A DNA stretch of 61,560 nucleotides from Catajapyx aquilonaris (taxonomy: Eukaryota), in assembly GCA_000934665.2 (NCBI GenBank), contig KZ538563.1, positions 1-61,560 on the forward strand, in the 5' to 3' direction. Position numbers and translations under genes: made by a program. The notes under the pieces were generated by a model that was given only the letters and a program-made list of their open reading frames with translations, made no database searches and was not told the DNA's origin. Shown here in pieces: positions 48,363 through 60,300 of the stretch. Every line of letters starts with the position of its first letter. Position 1 is the stretch's first letter.

Positions 48363-51300
48363 GTGGCTTGATCAAACTAAGAAATTTGACTTATTCTTTG
48401 GACAGATACTGGGAAGAAGAGTGTCATCGTAACTAGATCAAAGACAGGCTCTTTTCAACCAAGATTATTCAAAAATGATAACAAGAAGAAGGTAATTGGT
48501 ACCTTGAGCAGTGACAACAAGGAATTGCCATCTGCAGCAGATGGTATGGATACGGGGCGTTTGACACGGAACAAAACGCAACAAATTGCAGCAGGTAAGA
48601 AGGAAGATTCACTGACAGGCATGCTCTTGGAACCTCCATTGTCAAAAAATACGGAAATGGCTCACTTAATTTGGTGTAATTTTTTGTAGTGCAATATTAT
48701 GGTGCAGGCTGGGTGCAGGACAGAGGTGTAATTGTTATCTTTCCACCTCTGAAGTCCCAAGTTCAATCCTTGGATTGAGCAGCGGATTTTCCCATGTGGC
48801 TAAAAATTGTGTGAGATCTCTTTGTGCATGCAAGGGCTTTCTTAATGTTATTCTATTTTATTCTCACTTCTCTAAATTCTTAAGTGTAATTGCCAATGAC
48901 ACATCATTCCTTGTCCTGCACCCATGCCTGGTGGCTTTGAGCTGCATCAACTCCTCCAATCAAACAACCAAACCACACTTGAGTGCACTGATCCTATGAT
49001 TTAACAAACCCTGGTGACATGGAGAGAGCCACTGCACTCATTAGTCACTCTATGTTCATAACCCTTGTACATGCTCTTGCCTTTTTGGGGGCTGTATCAA
49101 ATATGAATTTGAAGAGGGGAAGAATGCAGGTTAGAGTGAGCCATGAAAGATAGATGCAATTTTGGCTCATTTATTGTGGAAACCAAAGTGACTTGCTTGT
49201 TTTTGATGTGAGGCCACTAGTGAGAGAAAGATAGGCGACAGAGTCCTGCTGGAAATTTCTTTAGTGGATGGAGGGAAGATGCAGGTTGAAATTGTGCGGC
49301 CGCAGTAAAGAGCAGAAAAGCTATGGACAGCAAAGATAACATGGCAGCAGCATGGTTGAGAATCCCTTATCCAAAATTCCAAAATCCGAATGTTTTTGAG
49401 TGCTGACATGACGCGTCACAAACGGCATATTCCATATGAGTATACCATCACTACCATCATTACCTGTATTTGTACGTATACAAAATTATTTAAAAGTATT
49501 TATATAACTATCTCCACAGTTAATGTATAACGTCTAATAAGAAATGTATATAGATATCACATGCCGGCATATATCCCATCCCAAAACTGTCTTATTTTAT
49601 GCATGCAAATATACAGATATTCCAAAAGCTGAAAAAAATTCAAAATCCAAAACACACTTCGTCCCAAGCATTTGAGATAAAAGGATTCTCAACGTGTAAT
49701 GTGAACAGCCCGAAACTATGAGCCAATCAGGTTGATAGCAGGCCAGTAATTAACACTAGAGGAGCCATCTGGTTGCAGGCAGTGTAGCTTACCCATGTCC
49801 AAAGAAAAATACAGAAAAACCTTGGTATAATGCTCTTCAAGGGACTGCCCAAAAGTAGTGTTATAAGAGGGATAGCGTTATATGCAGGAAAATTTACCTT
49901 GTGGAAGTGATCCAAGGACCGCCAAAGGGGGCTGTTAATAGTCGGAAAGCGTTATATGCGGGAGGGTTGTATCGAGGTTTTCCTGTAGTATTTCTACAGA
50001 TTTCCAATCTAAGTTTATCCTCTAGATCAGCGTTTCTCAACCGGGGTTCCGCAAGCAATTGCCAGGGGTTCCGCGACAAATAAGTGATAACGATAACACC
50101 ATGTAACAAAAATGATTAGTTTGGTCATGGGAATATTCATGTCGCCATTTCCATGTCCTTAAGTCACTAGTAATGCATAATCGCCATCATTTTGCCTGGA
50201 ATTTGTTCAGTCAAAAAACAAAAATCCTCGAAATAAATGGGTTGAAATGTTGCTAGACCATCTCAGATTTTTGTGAAAAAATAACAACTGTACCCACCTA
50301 TGCCATAACACTGCATATCAAGTTTCAGTCATATTGCACAATACTGTGGGGAGGGGGGGGGGGGGGGGGGGNNNNNNNNNNNGGAGGTATCGCGAAATTT
50401 TGAAAGGGGCTGAAAATGAGACCCTTCCTGGAATTTATTTCTGGTCAGTGGATGGGGTCCAAACCTAATAAATATGTATATCAAATGAAAGGGAATGACG
50501 AGGAGAATGCAACAATGTCATTAATTTTCCTTGAAAATGTAACCAGAAAAATTGTGTATGGCATTCCATTTGTCACATGCTCAGTCACACGTCCAAGGAT
50601 TTGGACCTCGACAATTTATTATGTATTGTGTAACCTCGGTCATATTTGGTGACGGGAGTTGTTACCCTCACAAGGTTTAACATGTTCAGTTTGAAGCCTG
50701 GTTCATGCGTGGCTCGCAAGAAAATGAGATGTTTCGCGGATGGATTACTAATTTTCGGGGACCCAAATTCTTGGACATTTGAAGGATGGAATACAACACA
50801 CATTTTTTTGTTACATTTTCAAGAGAAATCAATTCCATTGTTGCATTCTCCTCGTCTTCCTTCTTCTTTTGAATTACGTTCATTGGGTTTTGACCACTTC
50901 CACTAACTGACAAAAATTGGCCAAAAAAGGGCGCCTTTTTGTCCCTTCTAAAATCCCACAAGTGTCCCCCTCCCATGGTATTACGCAATATGGCTGGAAA
51001 TTTCATACGCAGCGTTATGGCATAGGTGTGTACAGCTGTGATATTTTTCACCAAAATCCGAGATGGTCTAGCAACATATTGGACAACTTGATTGAGAATC
51101 CAATATTTCAAGGACGTCTGTTAAAAACAAAGTTCAGAGAAGTGAAGGCCATTATAAGTTACGAGTGACCCAAAGAACACGGGGAAGGCCTTGCTCTTAC
51201 TGGCGTGCAGGAAGCTGAGGGGGAGTGGTGGCTGGGGGCAGCTTGGCTATGTCGCAAAGGCAGATTGATTTTTTGGATTTTGGAAGGGGGTATGCTGTAC

Positions 51301-54300
51301 CAACCTAACCCATCCAAGCCTAGCCTTCCTTCCTTGCGGATACAGACCTATATTAGCGACAAAGTCCGCGGCCCCACTGACTACTACCCTCCCGCACGCC
51401 AGTAAAAGCAAGTACAGCCGAACGCGGATATAGCGATGAATTCCCATTGACAAAAAAATGTCACGTAGCGTAATAGGCTAATCATACGTAAATGTAATTT
51501 TGCGTCATTAATTAATATATAATAATATTTATGCTGAGGTTCTCTGAGACATGATTATGATTTTAAGGGTTCTGCAAGAGTAAAAAGGTTGAAAAACGCT
51601 GCTCTAGATGTTACCTTGTACAGTACCCTCCATTAATAACTATGCACAGACATCGCCACTTTGGCGGGAACGAGCAGAACTAGGCGTGGACAGGCAGTGT
51701 TCAAAATACTTGGACAGCTCAAGACTGCTCACGAGACTGCTCTAGACGGCTCAAGCTATCGCAGTGGACTCAAACGCTTCCTACAAAGATAGATCATAAA
51801 TATATCATATGTATCGATCTATGCCCTATGGGATGGATTATAAAACTAAATTTGCGATTCCTCTTAATGCACTGAAGTTGTAAATCGGTTATTACACAGA
51901 GCACGCTAATGCTTATTAATATTATTGTCTTCTGTTAACGTGCTGCTGTATAGGGGACTTTTTGGAGTGCTTGTAAGCTGCATCACTCTTCTCTCGTCAT
52001 TTAACATTTAAATTTAGGAGTTATCTAATAAGGAAGAATAAGGTGTCTGCTGAGCTCAATATTGAATGTCATTTATTACCAATGAGGGTTGCATTTTAAA
52101 AATACACTGTAGCAAAATGAAGTAAGTAATACAGGGTGGTGCAAAAGATTGGGTGTACGCAACAACTCTCATTCGAGAGACTCCCATATGACTCTGACTA
52201 GTGATTGGCAATGGGTGATATTCAATGTTGAACCCAGCAGATCGTACTCCTTCTCTATAAGGTAACTCCTGAATTAAAAAGTGAAATGATGAGAGAAGAG
52301 TGATGCTGTTTACACGCCCTCCAAAAAGTCCCCTAAGCAGCCGCACATTAACAGGAGATAACAATAACATTAACAGGCATTTGCGTGGTCTGTGTAATAA
52401 CTGGTTCAGAACCTCAATACATTGATAGGAATCGCAAGGGCCTTATAATTCATCCCATGGATATATCTGTGATCCATCTTTGTAGCAAGTGTTTGAATCC
52501 ACCGCAATGTCTTGTGCAGTTGTGCTGTCCAAGTATCTTGGACACAGCCCGCCCGAGTCTAGTTCTGCTCGTTCCGCCAGTTGGTGATGTCTGTGCACAG
52601 CCATTAATGCAGGGTAGTGTACAGGAATCCAGGATTAGTATTTTATCTGTAACTGTAAAATCTTTTAAGGCTTAACTAGTTTCGCTTTTTACTCGGCACA
52701 TCTATATTAACTTAGGGCCGGTTTCACCGAGCTCAGTTTATGATAAAACCAGGGTATTTCTCAAAATCCCTATCTATTTGTATGGATTTTCCTGAATAAA
52801 TCTGGTTTTATCATATACCAAGCTCGGTGAAACCGGCTCTTAGTAGCAATTTCGTGAGTTTTTGCAAGCAAAGTTTTACATGTATTTTTATATCTTCAGG
52901 GACCTTCTTTTTTAAATTGGGAATGGAAGGAACCTACAAGGCATACACCAATATGTACAGCCTGAACATTGCTGCACTGAGCAAGATGCAGCACAATGAA
53001 GAGCGAGACAAGCGGCGACACCTTTCACACAAGTTCTCACTAACAACAGCGTCTGAATTTAAGTGGCATGGAGCTCTCACTGGTAAGCTATTAAATGTGG
53101 ATATTGCCAAAGGTTCAAGTTCTCGTTTTGTAATTTGAATTTTGGCAATTATTTGACAGGAAGAAAGCATTATTTTCTCTATTGCCTAATGTTATTCATA
53201 CACATATTGTTGCTGTCCATTTCTGGAACTTCCAGCACAAAATATTTATTTGAGGTAGGTATTGGATAAACTCCGTGAAAGGCTCGAAAAAATTTATCAA
53301 CGACTTTATATTGTGAAACATTGATGGCATATTAATCTAGAGCCATGTATTAGGTATTTTTAGTCATAAAATAATTAAGACATGTAGGCCAAAGGATACT
53401 AGGCAAACCTACCATTAATGGCGTCAATGGTAAAGTTGTCCCATGAGCACTTGGGCATGGACTGTACTTGCATCTTAGCATATATATGGAGTCAAAGGAA
53501 CAGCATATAATGTTACAAAATAAGCCAGGATCTTGAGTCTACTAGAGATCATGATCCGGATTGCCCTCTGGTGTGTCCTCCAAGGGGCATGATGTTTAGG
53601 AACAGGTTCTGACAACCAAAGTAACTTTTCTTACCCTCCTGAATTTTGAAAATTTTTGGATTTTCTAATTCTGCTTGGCCTATAGTGCTGAGAAAACATC
53701 ACCTCTGCTGCTAATTTTCACATTAGCAGGGTGAAAATACAGCCAAAAGGCTATATTCCAAAGTCACAACACCTGCATCCGGTCGTGAGTCGCCGGCCAT
53801 CGCCAACGAGGGATAAATATGGTACAGGCAGGCTGTAAAGATCCGCCATCTTTGATGGTTTTGGCGGCCAGGCCGTGGCACTTCAAGGCAAGAACACGCG
53901 CGAATTTGAATATTTTTGCCGTATGAGCTCCATTAATGCACTTTTCTACATATTAATTCCGTAAGCACGGCAAAAAAGTGCCACGGCCTGGCTGTCAAAA
54001 CCATCAAAGATGGCGGACCTTTACAGCCTGCCTGTACCCTATTTATCCCTCGTTGGTGCTGGCCGGCGACTCGCGACCGGATGCAAGTGTTGTGGCTTCG
54101 GAACATCACCTTTTGGCTGTATTTTCACCCTGCTAACGTGGAAATCAGCAGCGGAGGTGATGTTTTCTCAACACTATAGGCCAAGTAGAATAATTAGAAA
54201 ATCCAAAAAATTTCAAAATTCAGGAGGGTAAGAAAATTTACTTTGGTTGTGAGATGCATCCACAGCTTTCTCCCATTGCCCCCCTACCCTGCGCCTTACT

Positions 54301-57300
54301 CAAAATGCAATCTGTAAATTTTGTGGCATTGCCAGATGAAGGTGTGGTACTTTGATTGCAATTTAAGTATGCAATTGGTAATCATTAATGGAACATAAAT
54401 ATGTGCGTCAATAGTACTTGCCCAACACCAATGAAGTTCGCCTAGCACGAAAATCACGTGCATGTCGATGTTACGAATACGGATTACTTGAGAACGAATC
54501 ATGTTTTAATCACACAACTTATATGCTAATGAGCCACATGGAAGAGCAATGTTGGGGCGAGATATCAATGCATTTATTAGTGGAACAAGATGAATAGGAC
54601 AGCATTTATTTAGCATGCTGGGGGCAATGGAGTTTGCCCAGAGTGCTAAACGCACCACAAAGTTCACCCACTGTTAAATACAGACTGATGCGGTTGTGCC
54701 AGATGGGAAAAATAGTGCAGGTCTCTTGCCCTGTGCCACAATGCCATTACTCATTGCACTCTGTGTCTGAAAATAACAATCACAGGAGGTGGTCAGCCCA
54801 TTCCTCCAGAGGTATGCAAGGTGATATGGAAGAGCTCTGAAGAAGGAAAGTCTGCGTATGTGGTTGGACAAGAAGGGCATGGGCCATGCTCCATGGTAAG
54901 GGGCATCGCATGAAGTAACAAAACCACAAGAACCATCCAGAAAAACCTTATTATGGACATCACCAGGCAACAGCAGCAAGGAAAAACTTAGAGCTGAAAA
55001 AAAAGTGTTGCAAAATTGGCGAAAGGAGCAGCTATCATCAATTTTAAAATGGTCAGAGGTGACCCAAAAGGTGGTCCCCACAACAACCTGCATCCGTGAC
55101 ATGAAGGTGAACTTTTATACGTAACTTCTCAAAGACTAACGGGGAATTCATGAAATCAGGACCTGCCCTCTTGACAATAGGGCAAGAAGGAACCTCTCTT
55201 GATGGTACTGGAACAGGAAAAAGACTTGCTTGGGAGAAGGAATGGAAGCATTGGGCACATCAGACGTGGAATTAGACAAGTTTCGCGATTAATTAGTCAG
55301 TACAGGGACATCCATAATCGAGTACTGCAAACAAAGGAAGAGGCATACCATCCCAATGTCTCACTAGAACCATCAAACATGCACACACCATTATGGTGTG
55401 GGGATGCATGGGTAGTGTCGGCCTTGGCAACTTTCACGGCCTCAGTGGCAGCATCGATACAGCCATGTTTCAGGATATTTTGAGAGGCCATCTGCTGCGT
55501 GTGCCCTCAATAGCAACCTTACATCTGGATGTCAACGTAATATTTCAACGGGACTTTACAGATTGCCAAAACAGAGGAAGCAGACAAGGGGATTGACATT
55601 CTACGTTGCCATTGAGCAGCGTGGACCTCAATCCGATTGAGATAGACTGGAAAATCATGAAGAAGGTACTTCAGGAAACATCCTTGCAGTAAGGCATCCC
55701 TTGAGAGTCAAACTACGGGAGGTTCGGGATACCATCACTCTAGCTGAGTGCCAGAGCTCATTCAACACATGTCGTGTTGTGTGGAGGCCATCATTGCTGT
55801 CCACGGCGATGTCACCTGCTTCTAGGCGAACTTTGTGGCGCGTTTAGCACTCTGGGCGAACTCCATTGCCCCCGGCACGCTAAATAAATACTGTCCTATT
55901 CGTCTTGTTCCACTAACAAATGCATTGATATCTCGCCCCAACATTGCTCTTCCATGTGGCTCATTAGCATATAAGTTGTGTGATTAAAACATGATTCATT
56001 CTCAAGTAATTAGTATTTGTAAAATCAATATGCAGGTGATTTTCGTGCTAGGCGAACTTCATTGGTGTTGGGCAAGTAGTAGTTATTAGTCTTCTGTTCA
56101 TCTGGTAACCCTTTTTGGATCAAAGTGGAGACAGTGCGCCTAGGCTGATCTGAAGCTTTGAAGATCTACATTAATTTACATCTAAATCTGGTGCTAGTGG
56201 AGCCAAAGTATAATGGGGCCACAATTAAGTTGCCAGGATGAAGATAATACAGGGTGTTTCACTAAGTAGTCCTCCTGAAGAATCGACCATATATTTTTTA
56301 CCACTCTGCCTAGAAACGTGATGTTTGGTTTAAAAGTTACCTTAGTTCATGGGAATGTAGCACAATTCACAATAAATGCTGTAATTGACCATTCAATGAC
56401 CTCCATACGCACTCGAACCCGACTCAACGTGATGCTCCTTATTGTCGAATCTCCTCCGCAGAATATTGTCATAAATTATCCAGATTGCTGCACTGATGTT
56501 GCTTTCCAAGTTTTCTGACGTCTACTGTAGGCTCATTGATGTAAGCACAACTCTTCAAATATTCCCATTTGCGGCTTTTTGGCAGGTAAAAACAGAATGC
56601 CCAGTTTCTTGTGACAAAATCGAAGTTACTTTTTCGGTCATGCCAGCAGCCTGTGCTTCCCTTCTTCGATTTTTTCTTCCGAGCAATTCCATGATAATGT
56701 CAACCTGGCAGGGGTTACAAAAAACTTATGGTAGGAGAATATATATTGCTCTGTGAGTCAATTTGTTACATGAAAACACTGTTCTGGCAATGGACCCTGT
56801 GTAAGACAGTGTCACAACCTCATATAATTCGCAGGAATTTCATATAATGTAGTAAACCCCTTAAGGCTGTTTGAATTATGTCACGCCCCTAATGCACACA
56901 ATGACCATGCTGGTCTTGCGTGTATTTGAAAGGTCATTTAACACACTAGGTGAAAGATCAGATCCTTCTTGTTCCCTGTGCCATAGGTATTACATTATCA
57001 CTTGCATATTACATCGCAGAACCAGTGATCTGACCCCACTTGCGTGTGCGATTGTCAAGTCCCAAATGCTGGAATTGCTCTTCCTCTAAAGGAGGTCATC
57101 TTCCATTGCATCGGTCCAAAACACTCAGTGCAGCAATCCTGACTATTCATGTTTATATTCTGTGGAGTGCTTTCAATCATGAGGAGCGTCGAGTCGAGTC
57201 CTGTTCAAGTGCGTATGGAGGTCGTTGAAGGTCAAGTACAGCATTTATTGTGCATGATGCTATATTCCCATGAACCGAGTTAGGTTTTAAGCCAAATATC

Positions 57301-60300
57301 ATGTTTCTAGGTCAAATAGGAGGAAAAATTTAGTCGATTCTTAGGGAGGACTACCTAGTGAAACACCCTGTATTATAGTACAAGGGCTCTTCAAAAAAAA
57401 AAACTAAACTAAACTAACTTTTAAAACAGGGCGTCACACCGCACAATGAGGGTATTGAGGCTACTGACAACACCTAGCAACGTGTCTTGACAACAAATTG
57501 CCATTTGCCACGTTCCGCTATGACCATTGGTCATCGAGATACCTCCACTTAAGTGAGCACTTGCACAAGCTGTTCATCGAATTAGTCAGAAAGTGAAAAT
57601 GAGAGAGCTTTAAAAGAAAGGGTTTGTGGGAAATTTCACTAAAATATTGGTAAAATATTTACAGAGACATTTAAATTACTTGACCAAGCATTCTTGGGAA
57701 GGGTCTCCTCGACCAAAAGAGGCACATATCAGTCGGTCAAAGGTCAAGGTGATGTTGGTTAGTGTTTTTGGATTGGAAAGGCATTTTTCTTTATGAATTT
57801 GGACCATGTTGTCAGATTGGCAGACAAACAGGGTTGTACAGTCTTGGACATTAATCGAGGCATTCGAGGCACTGGTGGCTAGCGACATTTTCCGAAGCGG
57901 CAGAAGAAGGAATCGAAGATAAGGATACTACAAGGTGGGCGAGCTAGATTCCTTCTTCTGCCGCTAGCATGTCGCTAGCATGCAATATTCCTTGGCTCTG
58001 ACAGTTACTGTTAGAGGGGGAAATCCGGAGGGAGGGAGGAGAAACAAAATGTTGCATCATTTTCGAAATCTTTGCCGATGGGCCAAGGTTACTCAAGCAA
58101 AAAACAAAGCGCCTCAGAATTAATGGCCAGGGCTATTTTTTTGACCCCCTCTTCCTAAATCCTGTCGACGACACGTGTTCTCAAGGTTCCTCAATATACC
58201 ATCTCGGTACCATCTTGATACCATCTGGAAGTATGGGCCATCTGTGTACTGACTACAGTTAGGACACGAGGCTCTGTAATGGTTGTGTCCTAACTCTGTA
58301 CTGGTTAAGGCCACGTGTACTAGCTTGGAATCAGGACATAGTTGGTACATGAATTACAGTGGACAGAAAGTGCTTATGCACATGTAAATTTAATCCACTT
58401 AATCATCCAGTTTTTGGAAATTAAATATGAGGAAATATCAAGACACTGTTAAATATTTGACTGCATTATTTTCTCAGCCCGAACTGATTTTCAAGGACTT
58501 TTTTTTAGTTAGTTAGTTAGTTACCACGTCATATGGCTGGGCCCATTTAGGGGGGAAGGGGATTTTGTTAAAGTGGAACATCCAACGTTTGACGCCCTGG
58601 TCCTGGGGCAGGGTGACAGGGAGGGGATGTGAAGTGCATTGTCATTTGCGAAGGTCATTTGTGAGCTCCCCTGGGTGGTTAGTCTAGCAGAAATCCCACC
58701 TAAGATATAGCCGGAGACAACCCCAAACTCCGCACAAGATAAAAGGGGGGCATTCCCGGGCTTGGGATCGAACCCGGGACCCTGCCATCCGTGGGCACAT
58801 ACATTACTGCAGCACCACTCCGCCTCCCCAATTTTCAAGGACCTTGGATGCAGTTCTTCAAAATGCATGAAATGTTTTCTACGTTAGGTTAATTTTAAAA
58901 TGGTGAGCCTGGTCAGGAGTGAAGCAACTTGAAAGTGCAAATATTTTTCATGACAATGCACACAATTGTTAAGCTTCGACTAACAGGATGCAATTATTAT
59001 ATCATGACTATGAAATACCAGTACATCATTGGGTAACAGGATAATTTTTAGGCTGCCCAAAAACCTAACCACAGAAAGCAGAAATGAATCATTCCTACAG
59101 TGTTGATCCGGGACTTGGTGTGACATAAATATCATTAATTTTATGCCAATATTGCAGCAACTCTATGCAGAGTGAACTTGTAATTTGCATTAATGTTTGG
59201 TGATAAATTACAACTGTGTCACAGGCTCAAGTCATTACATCAGTCCAGACGTGTTTGAAGATCGTAATTAGAAAACTTGACACCAGTGGAAATACAAAAT
59301 TCATTTATGACATACCCGAGGACATACCTAAATGTAGAGGCCATATTATAGACCCACGTCCCTAGCAGGAGCCAATTGCAGAGGGCTGTTAAAATTTGGG
59401 GGGGAAATATTTATTTTGTCACTGTTATGTTATTTCACTTGACCCCACTGAAACTGAAAATTTGAACTCACAAACCATAGAGTAGTTCAGTAAATTTGGG
59501 TAATAAGTAACTGAAGCAGTTTAGTGGCATTGACAAGGTGTTCGACTTCTAATCGGGAGGTCCTGGGTTCGAGTCACGGGGCCGGCAATCCTAACTGTGG
59601 TTTTCTGTGGTTTCCCACGGTCCCCCCAGGATAATTCCAGGATTGCTTCCTAAATAATAGGCCAGAGCCGCTTCCTTCCTTTCCTTTCATTGTCCCGTCC
59701 ATGAGGAGGTGCGGTGTCGGTGGGAAGTTTCTGACCCGAATCTAGGGGGCTCATCTTGCCGAGTGGGCCCCCTGAGGGACTGCACATGACCCCCAACTTG
59801 AGTCATTGCACTTGCACCAGTGTCCTCCCCTCATTATCCCTATCCTGTCCCCTTGCACTGGAGGAAAGAAAAATGATACAAGAAAATTGATGGTGGTGTA
59901 CCACCCCCCAACATGGCCCATGTAGGCCTATCACAGGGTAAAACAAATAAAAGAACAAAATTTAACAAAATTGGGTAATAAGTAAGCATATGGAAAAGTT
60001 GTGCCTTCAGGTGGTCTTATTTGGTTCCTGCACCTTCCACATAGTTTCCTTGAAGTCCTCATCTTGCTAGTAGAACAATACAAGATTCAATTAGTAGTTC
60101 TAATGTTGTGTACTTCAAGCAATTGTCTTACTGGCTGCTTAACAATTTCATTAGCTGGCATTACATAGCTCTAGAACTCTGCACATGTAATACATCTGGG
60201 CCAACTGGAGTGTGACTTTTAAAAGATTGGGTTGCAGTTGATGATTATGTCATGGCTGGTTAATCAGGAATATGGCAACAAAGCTGAGGGCTTCTGTGAT

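Noticed and set aside
47997..48371. Poly-Leu/Ile or poly-Asn ORFs (also 5208, 18649, 46660)
   Set aside because: They are translations of (ATT)/(AAT) retroposon tails
19892..50382. Long G/C runs as G-quadruplex elements (19892, 28292, 44628, 50354)
   Set aside because: All of them abut N gaps, so their lengths and context are unreliable
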